The notes under the pieces are model-generated. The model had not been told where the DNA came from. It worked only from the letters and a program-made list of their open reading frames with translations, and made no database searches. DNA of 64,000 nt from an uncultured Spirochaetales bacterium (lineage in GTDB: Bacteria; Spirochaetota; Spirochaetia; Sphaerochaetales; Sphaerochaetaceae): positions 12,419 to 76,418 of the forward strand of contig CAKQWE010000003.1 of NCBI GenBank assembly GCA_934277975.1. The letters are read 5' to 3'. A program made the position numbers and the translations under genes. This document shows, in pieces, positions 17,797 through 25,696 of this stretch (position 1 is the first letter of the stretch; each line of letters opens with the position of its first letter).

Positions 17797-18689
17797 TGGG
17801 AATATTCTACAACATATCCGTTGAAGGGGATGACTCAAACGGTATCAAGGTTATCGAGAACCCAACGAAGACTTTAAAGGCTCTTTTGTTTCCTAGAGAG
17901 TGTATACACGAGTTCAACCTTCGACCAGAGGCAGAACAGGCAGGTGTATACATTCTCTACAACTCGATGGATAGGAATGAACAGCCCCACATCTATATTG
18001 GACAGACTGGATACGGAATCACATCTAGATTGTCGAACCACAACAGGACGAAGGATTTTTGGAACCAGGCACTTGTTTTCGTTGAGAAGGGTGATTTCCT
18101 TAACCTAAATGGCTCTCATGCAAAGATAATCGAATCTAGGCTCATCTCTAAAGCAGGGGAATGCGGTGCTGTTGTTATGGAAAACAACACTGGATCGAGA
18201 GCTCCAAGAGTACAACCTTCAGATCAAATGGCTGCCGATACTTGGGCAGAAGAAGTTGTGACTATCACTAGACTTCTTGGCCTTGCATTCTTCCATGGAA
18301 CTAAATCTCAGATTCCAGATGCTAGTACAGCAGCTATCTCCGTTCAGGCTGTCAAAAGTGATGTTCCAAATGGAACATACACACTTACCAAAAATAAGAA
18401 GGTCGATGGGAAAACGATAAAGGCGACTGCTGTAGTTAAAGATGGAGAGTGGGTTATTAAGAAAGGCTCTGTTTTGAGTGTTTGTGAACATCCTAAAGTT
18501 TCAGAAGGGAATAAGGAACTGAGGAAAAAGCTGGAGCTTGATTTTCAAGGCAACCTTCTTGAGGATTTCAATCTTGGTAGTGTGTCGCCAAGCACCGCAG
18601 GATGCGTTGTTTTAAACCAACCGTCATGCAATGGTTGGACTAGCTGGTTTACAGAGGATAATAAACCCATAGACATATTTAGAAATTAA
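17796..18689 (+). CDS. GIY-YIG nuclease-family protein with a DUF4357-like C-terminal domain
   Basis: GVYILYN...HIYIGQTGYGITSRLSNH...FWNQALVF...AKIIESRLI matches the GIY-YIG core. The C-terminal SPSTAGCVVLNQPSCNGWTSWFTEDNKPIDIFR matches my recollection of DUF4357. Confidence 0.7.
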   Translation: MGIFYNISVEGDDSNGIKVIENPTKTLKALLFPRECIHEFNLRPEAEQAGVYILYNSMDRNEQPHIYIGQTGYGITSRLSNHNRTKDFWNQALVFVEKGDFLNLNGSHAKIIESRLISKAGECGAVVMENNTGSRAPRVQPSDQMAADTWAEEVVTITRLLGLAFFHGTKSQIPDASTAAISVQAVKSDVPNGTYTLTKNKKVDGKTIKATAVVKDGEWVIKKGSVLSVCEHPKVSEGNKELRKKLELDFQGNLLEDFNLGSVSPSTAGCVVLNQPSCNGWTSWFTEDNKPIDIFRN

Positions 18690-18736
18690 AAATTGGATGC
18701 AAAAGAGTTCAACTGTTCTGTCCTTATATGCAGCAG

Positions 18737-18885
18737 TGGTGGGCCCTGCCAAGATGAGGCGCATAAGGTTGACTGCAATCGATTATTTGAATACTGTTGA
18801 CCACAAGGGGCGCTTTGATAACACGAGGTTCGACGTCGCTACTGTGACAAATGGATGCGTCTCCTACTACGAAGGAGTTTTCTGA
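18737..18885 (+). pseudogene. duplicated 3' fragment of yraN (last 49 codons)
   Basis: It encodes VGPAKMRRIRLTAIDYLNTVDHKGRFDNTRFDVATVTNGCVSYYEGVF, identical to the end of yraN. ORF 18697-18885 fuses it to unrelated island sequence. The YraN catalytic core is missing. Confidence 0.85.
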
Positions 18886-18898
18886 TGGATAACAGAAA
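18737..18898 (+). repeat. right copy of the 162 bp direct repeat (attR-like)
   Basis: Identical to 12347-12508. Confidence 0.95.
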
Positions 18899-19283
18899 GA
18901 AAAGAAAGCCAAAGTCTAAGAGATCGGTCCCTGCTGCTCCTCAGCAGAAACCCAGGTCCAGAATGATATTCGATGACGTGGAGGTCCCTCAGGTGGTAGA
19001 GCCAAGGCCTGACTGCAGTATATGCGGCCAGCCCATAGAGTCCATCATAGAGGCCATAAGCGAGCCAGACGGAGGCCTCAGTCATTTCGACTGCGTGCTT
19101 GAGAAGCTCAGGGAGCGCGAGCATGTACAGGAGCCGGATTCCATTTCATACATAGGACATGGGAATTTCGCCGTAGTCACCAAGGACGAAGAGGGCAGGT
19201 ACTCCATAAAATACAGAATCCAGTATGAGAGCAACGATGACTATGCCAACGTGAAGAGGCAGGTGGAGGAGTCCAAGAAATGA
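18885..19283 (+). CDS. hypothetical protein (basic N-terminus, CxxC...HxxC element)
   Basis: I prefer the ATG at 18885, because TGATG overlaps the yraN-type stop, over the track start at 18855. Translation begins MDNRKKRKPKSKR, with ...CSICGQPIES...SHFDCVLEKL further in. It is followed immediately by coaD. Confidence 0.6.
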   Translation: MDNRKKRKPKSKRSVPAAPQQKPRSRMIFDDVEVPQVVEPRPDCSICGQPIESIIEAISEPDGGLSHFDCVLEKLREREHVQEPDSISYIGHGNFAVVTKDEEGRYSIKYRIQYESNDDYANVKRQVEESKK

Positions 19284-19765
19284 GGAAGAACTGCGCTATG
19301 CTTCCAGGGACGTTCGATCCCCCAACGCTTGGGCATTTGGACATCATCACCCGCAGCGCCGCTTTGTACGATGAACTCTATGTCGTCATTGCCGACAACA
19401 TTGCAAAGAAGACGTTGTTCTCCGCTTTGGAGAGAAAGGCGATGCTTGAAGATGTACTCAAGGATTATGACAATATACATGTACTTTGCTGGCAAGGACT
19501 TGTCGTTGATTTTGCACGCAAGTACGATGTTGGCGTAATGATCCGCGGTGTGCGCGCTTTGGTTGACTTTGGCTATGAGTTCGAGCTTGCCGAGACCAAT
19601 AAGCAGCTGTGTCCTGAAGTGGAGATACTCTTCATGCCAACGAACCCCAACTTCTTCCTTCTAAGGAGCTCCGCCATAAAGGAGATGGCCGCCTTTGGTG
19701 CTGACATTTCCTCAATGGTGCCGCAGGTCGTGATAGACGCCCTCAAGGACAAGTTGGATAAATAA
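19280..19765 (+). CDS. coaD: phosphopantetheine adenylyltransferase
   Basis: PGTFDPPTLGHLDII motif, 161 aa. Confidence 0.9.
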   Translation: MRKNCAMLPGTFDPPTLGHLDIITRSAALYDELYVVIADNIAKKTLFSALERKAMLEDVLKDYDNIHVLCWQGLVVDFARKYDVGVMIRGVRALVDFGYEFELAETNKQLCPEVEILFMPTNPNFFLLRSSAIKEMAAFGADISSMVPQVVIDALKDKLDK

Positions 19766-19791
19766 GCTGGATAAATAAGTATTGGGCACTG

Positions 19792-19820
19792 TTGACTTAA
19801 ACAATGTTTTTCTATATGCT
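19792..19820 (+). promoter_or_regulatory. candidate promoter for rpmF-acpP-rnc
   Basis: TTGACT (19792-19797), a 17 nt spacer, then TATGCT (19815-19820). TATATG at 15 nt spacing is an alternative. Confidence 0.3.
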
Positions 19821-19855
19821 CACAATGTTGTTAAAATAAGACTAAGAGGTAGAAT

Positions 19856-20038
19856 ATGGCGACACCAAAATATAAGACATCAAAAGCTAAGGCTGCTGCA
19901 AGGAAATCCGCTAACATGAAGCTTCAGGCTCCTACACTTTCAAAGTGCACAAAGTGCGGTCAGCTCATTCTCCCACACCGCGTATGTCCACAGTGCGGAT
20001 ACTACAAGGGTGTTCAGATCATCAATCCGGAGGACTAA
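19856..20038 (+). CDS. rpmF: 50S ribosomal protein L32
   Basis: MATPKYKTSKAKAAARKS...CTKCGQLILPHRVCPQCGYYKG. Confidence 0.9.
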   Translation: MATPKYKTSKAKAAARKSANMKLQAPTLSKCTKCGQLILPHRVCPQCGYYKGVQIINPED

Positions 20039-20041
20039 TCC

Positions 20042-20281
20042 ATGGATAAGAACGTTGTTTTTGACAAAGTCAAGGCAATCATCGCTGATAAGCTTGCTAT
20101 AGACGAGGATTCCATCACTCTCGATTCCTCATTCGTCAACGACCTCAAGGCTGACAGTATGGACATCCTTGACCTCGTGAGTGGTTTTGAAGAGGAGTTC
20201 GACCTCACCGTTCCAGATGAGAAGGGAAGAACCTTCGAGACCGTCAGGGACGCTGTCGACTACTTGGCGAAAGTGCTTTGA
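20042..20281 (+). CDS. acpP: acyl carrier protein
   Basis: 79 aa with the LKADSMDILDLV phosphopantetheine-attachment motif. Confidence 0.9.
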   Translation: MDKNVVFDKVKAIIADKLAIDEDSITLDSSFVNDLKADSMDILDLVSGFEEEFDLTVPDEKGRTFETVRDAVDYLAKVL

Positions 20282-21024
20282 GCATGTCTGACAAAAAGAC
20301 AATTGAAGCTCCTGCAATCCCCCAAGAGAGGATGAAGGAGCTTTTGCTTTTTCAAGAGAACGTTGGACTCAGTTTCAATGACATATCCATTCTGGATAAT
20401 GCCTTCATACATTCCTCCTATGCAAACGAATGCAGGGGATCCGGCATCAAGGACAATGAGAGGCTTGAATTCCTTGGTGACAGCGTCCTGTCCATAGTCG
20501 TGTCCCAGTGGCTCTACAGAAACCTTGAGGGAGATGAGGGGGAGTGTACGAGGGTAAGAAGCGCTGTCGTAAGCGAAGACTCCCTTTCGATCGTTGCAAA
20601 GAGGCTTGAGCTTGACAGATACCTCATAATTGGACGAGGCGAGGAGCTGACAGGCGGCCGTTTCAAGAAGGCCATCCTTGCAGACTGCACAGAGGCCGTA
20701 TTCGCCGCCATTTTCCTTGACCAGGGCTTTGAGGTCGTAAGCGATTTCATCCTTAGGAACCTGATGCCAATAATGCAGGATGTCATAGACTACAGGTTCA
20801 AGCGGGACTACAAGACCCTTCTGCAGGAGTATGTGCAAAAACGCTACAAGAAGGTTCCAACATACACCCTTGTCAAATCCACAGGTCCAGAGCACAACCA
20901 AATGTTCTACTATACCGTTTCGTTCCACGGAAAGACGTTTGGACCTGAGGGCGGACACAACAAGAAAGATGCCGAGCAGAACGTTGCAAAGCTTGCCTGG
21001 ACGCAGGTGACGCAGGCGCATTAG
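20278..21024 (+). CDS. rnc: ribonuclease III
   Basis: NERLEFLGDSVL signature and a C-terminal dsRBD (KDAEQNVAKLAW). Confidence 0.9.
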   Translation: MSMSDKKTIEAPAIPQERMKELLLFQENVGLSFNDISILDNAFIHSSYANECRGSGIKDNERLEFLGDSVLSIVVSQWLYRNLEGDEGECTRVRSAVVSEDSLSIVAKRLELDRYLIIGRGEELTGGRFKKAILADCTEAVFAAIFLDQGFEVVSDFILRNLMPIMQDVIDYRFKRDYKTLLQEYVQKRYKKVPTYTLVKSTGPEHNQMFYYTVSFHGKTFGPEGGHNKKDAEQNVAKLAWTQVTQAH

Positions 21025-21029
21025 TAAGT

Positions 21030-21120
21030 GTTTGATGCATTGGAGTTCTGCCTATGATGGCGTACCAAGGCGTATGTCGGCGTACTATGGCGGACTACGG
21101 CGCATCAGGACGCATCAAAC
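21030..21120 (+). repeat. intergenic element made of phased 10 bp GGCG-type units, bounded by 9 bp inverted termini
   Basis: GTTTGATGC (21030-21038) and GCATCAAAC (21112-21120) are reverse complements. Between them lie the blocks cgtaccaagg cgtatgtcgg cgtactatgg cggactacgg cgcatcagga cgcatcaaac. The element is related to 2174-2295 on the opposite strand. Confidence 0.6.
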
Positions 21121-22491
21121 GGCAGTCATTTGATTGTAAATTACAAGTGCTTGCTTTGTAAGTATTTCCTTGTCGTTTAGAGTAGGGTAGTCCACCACCA
21201 TTTCAAGAAGCTTTCCAAGAACATCACCCATGGCTTTGGACTTGGGGATGCCTGCTTTTGCAAGGTCCTCGCCTGTGACGGCAAGGTCCTTGAGTGTCAT
21301 TGGCTGGTCCTCAAGTTCCTTTATCCTCTTCATGAAGGCCTCGTACTCATCCGTATTGGGTGCGCCTGTGGATGCTATCTGGTCGCAGCGCTGCAGTTCG
21401 AACAGCATATCAAGGTTCTGTCTGCCAACTCTGCGTATGAAACGCTTTACGGCACCATCCGTCCAGTCTGGGGTGTAGCGGGTCATGTGCTCAGCAATGA
21501 TAAGTCCAACGTCGTCAATGGTCTTGTTGGAGCATTTCAGACGACGCAGGATGTCCTTTGCCATCTTTGAGCCTTGGACATCGTGGCCGTGAAAGCGCAT
21601 CATTCCGTACTGGTTGAAAGACATTGTCGAAGGCTTTCCTATGTCGTGTAGAAGGGCGGCAAGCCTTACGGCGAGGCCGTAGTCGTTTGCAGCCGCTGCA
21701 TCTATGCAGTTGTATGAGTGCTCAAGGACATTGCAGGAGCCAACCTTGTCCTGTTTTATCGTCCTACAAGCAGTGAGTTCTGGAAGTATCACATCAAGGA
21801 TTCCTGTCTGTTCGAGTATTGAAAGTCCAACTGACGGAACCTTTGTCATAATCGTTTTGGACAATTCGTCGTATATCCTTTCCTGCGAAACGTTTGCAAT
21901 GGTAGGGGCAAGCTCCTTGGCAGCTTGGAAGGTTTCCTCTTCAGGCTTGAAGTTGAGCTTTGAACAGAAGCGGGCAAGCCTCATGAGCCTTAGGGCATCC
22001 TCCTTGAAACGTTCACGGGGGGTTCCTATTGCACGCACAAGGCCTTTTTCAAGGTCTCCAAGTCCGTCGAAGTCGTCCGTGACGTTGCCTTGTATGCAGT
22101 CCGCAGCCAGGGCGTTTATTGTGAAGTCCCTGCGCGAGAGGTCTTCGTGGAGATCCGTTATGTACGTGACATTGTCTGGGTGGCGGCCGTCCGAGTAGTC
22201 GGATTCGCAACGGAACGTCGTGACTTCGTAGCTTTCACCCCTAAAGAGAACCGTAACCGTTCCGTGCTTTATGCCTGTTGGGATGACCTTCCTGAACAAC
22301 GAGACGACTTGCTGAGGCTTTGCGTCCGTACAGAAGTCGTAGTCGCTGTTTTCCGTTCCAAGGAAATAATCGCGCACGGCTCCACCTACGATGTACAGTC
22401 TGTAGCCGTTTTCTGCAAATATCTTTGCAAAGGCCTTTATCTCATCTGAAACAGGGTATCTCTTCATGGCTTTGAATATAGCAGAAAACAT
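21115..22491 (-). CDS. cca: CCA-adding enzyme / tRNA nucleotidyltransferase with an HD domain
   Basis: YIVGGAVRDYFLG, DYDFCT, RRDFTINALA, and an HD region (LLHDIGKP). Confidence 0.85.
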   Translation of the reverse strand: MFSAIFKAMKRYPVSDEIKAFAKIFAENGYRLYIVGGAVRDYFLGTENSDYDFCTDAKPQQVVSLFRKVIPTGIKHGTVTVLFRGESYEVTTFRCESDYSDGRHPDNVTYITDLHEDLSRRDFTINALAADCIQGNVTDDFDGLGDLEKGLVRAIGTPRERFKEDALRLMRLARFCSKLNFKPEEETFQAAKELAPTIANVSQERIYDELSKTIMTKVPSVGLSILEQTGILDVILPELTACRTIKQDKVGSCNVLEHSYNCIDAAAANDYGLAVRLAALLHDIGKPSTMSFNQYGMMRFHGHDVQGSKMAKDILRRLKCSNKTIDDVGLIIAEHMTRYTPDWTDGAVKRFIRRVGRQNLDMLFELQRCDQIASTGAPNTDEYEAFMKRIKELEDQPMTLKDLAVTGEDLAKAGIPKSKAMGDVLGKLLEMVVDYPTLNDKEILTKQALVIYNQMTAV

Positions 22492-22547
22492 TGAAAAGAT
22501 ATATAATCTCCTAAAATTGCATACACTGTATCCTATGGAGAAGAAAA

Positions 22548-25500
22548 ATGTTCAAAAGCGTTGATCCAAGACAGGATTTCCCAAAGATGGAGGAGCGAAT
22601 CCTTGATTTTTGGAAGGAGAACGACATCTTCAAGAAGTCGATTGAAAGCCGCCCGGAGGACAATGAGTTCTCGTTCTACGACGGCCCTCCGTTCGCAACC
22701 GGTCTGCCTCACTACGGGCACCTCGTTCCGGGAACGATCAAGGACATCATTCCAAGATACAGGACCATGAAGGGCCAAAGGGTCGTGAGGAACTGGGGAT
22801 GGGACTGCCATGGGCTTCCCGTAGAGAACCTCATGAAGAAGAAACTTGGAATCTCCAGTGCAAAGGAGATTCAGGAATACGGCGTCGAGAACTACAACAA
22901 CCAGTGCCGCGCAAGCGTCCTGCAGTTCACAAACGAATGGAAGCATACCATAACCAGAATGGGAAGGTGGGTTGACTTCGACCACGGCTACAAGACCATG
23001 GACAAGTCCTTCATGGAGAGCATATGGTGGGTGTTCAAGACACTCTACGACAAGGGTTTGATATACAAAGGATACAACATCCTTCCATACAGTCCTGGTC
23101 TTGGATGTCCCCTTTCGAACATGGAGGTCAACCTTGGCGGCTACAAGGATGTGACGGACCCTGCCATAACGGTCAGGTTCAAGGTAAGAGATATGGAGAA
23201 CACCTATTTCCTGGCATGGACCACGACTCCTTGGACCCTTCCTTCCAATCTGGCGTTGGCTTTGGGCCCTGAGATAGACTACGTCCTTATCTTGGACAAG
23301 GCCACAGGCGACAAGTACTACCTTGGACAATCAAGGCTTGAAGCGTACTACAAGGATCCATCCTCCTATGAAATCCTTGAACACCACAAGGGAAGCGAGC
23401 TCAAGGGAATGCGCTATGAGCCGCTTTTCGACTACTTTGCAGACCTCTATGACAAAGGTGCATTCGTAACGGTCCTTGGCGACTATGTCACAACCGTAGA
23501 TGGCTGTGGAATCGTACATACGGCCCCTGGCTTTGGAGAGGATGACTACAACGTCCTCAAGGGAACCGGGATCCCTGTCGTATGCCCCATAGACGATGAA
23601 TGCAAGTTCACGGACGAAGTGCCTGACTACAAGGGAGTGTTCGTCAAGGATGCAGACAAGGCAATAATCGCAAGGCTCAAGGAGGAGGGCAAGCTTGTGA
23701 AGAAGGAGAACTACCTTCACAGCTACCCGTTCTGCTGGAGGACGGGAACCCCTCTCATATATAGGGCAATGGACTGTTGGTATGTGGATGTCCAGAAGAT
23801 AAAGGGAAGGATGGTTGCAAACAACCAGAAGATAACCTGGATTCCAGAGCACCTCAAGGACGGGCGCTTTGGAAAGTGGTTGGAAGGGGCCAGAGACTGG
23901 GCCATCTCCAGAAACAGGTTCTGGGGAAATCCAATACCTGTATGGAAATGCGATGGTTCTGACTACGTTGAGGTTATGGGTTCCATAGCAGAGCTCGAAG
24001 AAAAGTGCGGCCAAAAGGTGGACGACATCCACAAGCACAACGTTGATAAGCTCACATGGCCAAGTCCTGATGGAAAGGGTACCATGAGAAGGGTTCCGGA
24101 CGTTCTTGACTGTTGGTTCGAAAGCGGAAGCATGCCATATGCGCAGCTTCACTACCCGTTCGAGAACAAGGAGAGGTTCGCCCGCACTTTCCCTGCGGAC
24201 TTCATCTGCGAAGGACTTGACCAGACAAGAGGCTGGTTCTACACGCTCACCATCATGGCAAGCGCACTTTTCGACGAGCCTGCCTTCAAGCACTGTGTCG
24301 TCAACGGAATCATCCTTGCAGAGGACGGAGAGAAGATGTCCAAGAGCAAGGGCAACTTCACCGACCCCATGCTCCTTGTGAACCAGTATGGCGCCGATGC
24401 CCTTAGGTTCGCCCTCATGAACAGCGCAGCCGTACATGCAGACGACCTCAAGTTCTCCGACCAAATGGTCAAGGACGTGCTCAAGTCAATAATCCTTCCT
24501 CTCTGGAACGCCTATTCGTTCTTCGTGACGTACGCCAACATTGACGGTTACGTTCCAAGCGAGACTCCTTTCGAGCAGCTCAAGAATCCATTGGACAGAT
24601 GGATGATATCCACGCTTGAGGCTCTGACCTGCGAAATGGACGATGCCTTGGACAAGTACGACATCCAAAGGGCCTGCACGAGCCTCCTTAGGTTCATGGA
24701 CAGCCTGAACAACTGGTACATAAGAAGAAGCAGAAGAAGATTCTGGAAGAGCGAGAACGACGGCGACAAGAAGATGGCCTACGACACACTGTACAAGGTG
24801 CTTGTGACCTTCGTGAAGCTTGCATGTCCAATCCTTCCTTTCATATGCGAGGAGATATACCAGAACCTCAGGTCCAAGGACGACCCTGAAAGCGTGCATC
24901 TTTGCACCTATCCAAAGTACGATGCCTCCCACAGGGACTACGCCCTTGAGAGGATGATGGAGCTCACCGTCCAGGCGATTACCATGGGAAGGTCCCTGAG
25001 GAGCGCCAACAACCTCAAGAACAGGCAGCCTCTCAAGAAGCTCTTCCTTGTGGATAGGAACGACCAGGACAGGAAGATACTCAACGACATGGCCTCGATA
25101 ATCGCAGAGGAGCTCAACGTCAAGGCCGTTGAGATACATGGGGACGAGTCTTCGCTTGTAGATTACACTGCAAAGGCCAACTTCAAGGTGCTTGGTTCCA
25201 AGCTTGGAAAGGCCATGAAGGACGTGGCGTCCAAGATACAGGCCTTCAAGTCCGATAGCATTGCGACCATCCTTGAAGGCATGAAGCACAAGGTGGAGTA
25301 TGGCGACGGACAGTCCATTGACATTGGAAAGGACGACCTTGTAATCCAGCGCAACGAGAAGGAGAACCTCAAGATCCTCAACGAAGGGGAGCTTACCGTT
25401 GGATTCGACACAGAGGTCACAGAGAGCCTCCTCCACGAAGGAATAGCAAGGGATGTCGTAAGAAGCATCCAGACCATGCGAAAGGACATGGGTCTTGACG

Positions 25501-25676
25501 TAAGCGATAGGATAGTCCTTGTCATTGGTGGAGACGATGTCATGAAGAAGGTCTACGACCAGTTCAAGTCGTTCATAGAATCGGAGACCCTTGCAGTCTG
25601 TTCTTCGTTCAATCCAGAGCTTGATGCTCCTGAGACGGAGTCAGGTGCAAGAATAAGGATAGAGAAAAGCATCTGA
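22548..25676 (+). CDS. ileS: isoleucine--tRNA ligase (long, type-2-like form)
   Basis: PPFATGLPHYGHL (HIGH) and KMSKSKGN (KMSKS) motifs, 1042 aa. Confidence 0.95.
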   Translation: MFKSVDPRQDFPKMEERILDFWKENDIFKKSIESRPEDNEFSFYDGPPFATGLPHYGHLVPGTIKDIIPRYRTMKGQRVVRNWGWDCHGLPVENLMKKKLGISSAKEIQEYGVENYNNQCRASVLQFTNEWKHTITRMGRWVDFDHGYKTMDKSFMESIWWVFKTLYDKGLIYKGYNILPYSPGLGCPLSNMEVNLGGYKDVTDPAITVRFKVRDMENTYFLAWTTTPWTLPSNLALALGPEIDYVLILDKATGDKYYLGQSRLEAYYKDPSSYEILEHHKGSELKGMRYEPLFDYFADLYDKGAFVTVLGDYVTTVDGCGIVHTAPGFGEDDYNVLKGTGIPVVCPIDDECKFTDEVPDYKGVFVKDADKAIIARLKEEGKLVKKENYLHSYPFCWRTGTPLIYRAMDCWYVDVQKIKGRMVANNQKITWIPEHLKDGRFGKWLEGARDWAISRNRFWGNPIPVWKCDGSDYVEVMGSIAELEEKCGQKVDDIHKHNVDKLTWPSPDGKGTMRRVPDVLDCWFESGSMPYAQLHYPFENKERFARTFPADFICEGLDQTRGWFYTLTIMASALFDEPAFKHCVVNGIILAEDGEKMSKSKGNFTDPMLLVNQYGADALRFALMNSAAVHADDLKFSDQMVKDVLKSIILPLWNAYSFFVTYANIDGYVPSETPFEQLKNPLDRWMISTLEALTCEMDDALDKYDIQRACTSLLRFMDSLNNWYIRRSRRRFWKSENDGDKKMAYDTLYKVLVTFVKLACPILPFICEEIYQNLRSKDDPESVHLCTYPKYDASHRDYALERMMELTVQAITMGRSLRSANNLKNRQPLKKLFLVDRNDQDRKILNDMASIIAEELNVKAVEIHGDESSLVDYTAKANFKVLGSKLGKAMKDVASKIQAFKSDSIATILEGMKHKVEYGDGQSIDIGKDDLVIQRNEKENLKILNEGELTVGFDTEVTESLLHEGIARDVVRSIQTMRKDMGLDVSDRIVLVIGGDDVMKKVYDQFKSFIESETLAVCSSFNPELDAPETESGARIRIEKSI

Positions 25677-25696
25677 TGCTGCATTGGAGACTGTAG

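Larger units (their letters stand above)
12509..18736 (+). mobile_element. inserted genomic island (candidate defence island) with no recognisable recombinase
   Basis: It is bracketed by perfect 162 bp direct repeats that duplicate the yraN 3' end. It carries four tightly packed genes with restriction/defence-type domains. Sampled lines look more A+T rich than the flanks (not computed). Confidence 0.7.

Noticed and set aside
12615-18689. Search for an integrase, transposase or excisionase inside the island.
   Set aside because: None of the four products shows tyrosine-recombinase (R...HxxR...Y), serine-recombinase or DDE-type patterns. The RHH protein is more typical of a regulator or antitoxin than an Xis. 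The absence of a recombinase is reported as a finding rather than forcing a call.
19755-19779. 12 bp duplication TGGATAAATAAG x2 spanning the coaD stop codon.
   Set aside because: This is a tiny local slippage-type duplication with no evident structural or coding consequence.
22533-25436. Three long antisense ORFs (265, 377 and 316 aa) on the - strand inside ileS. Similar cases occur inside smc (5271-6761), ffh (8991-9854), rnc (20260-21021), prfB (46180-46848) and the DUF1015 gene (57807-58598).
   Set aside because: Each lies entirely within a confidently identified gene on the other strand. Their translations are low-complexity (L/V/H/E-rich) with no recognisable motifs. Stop-poor antisense frames are expected from the strong codon bias of these genes.
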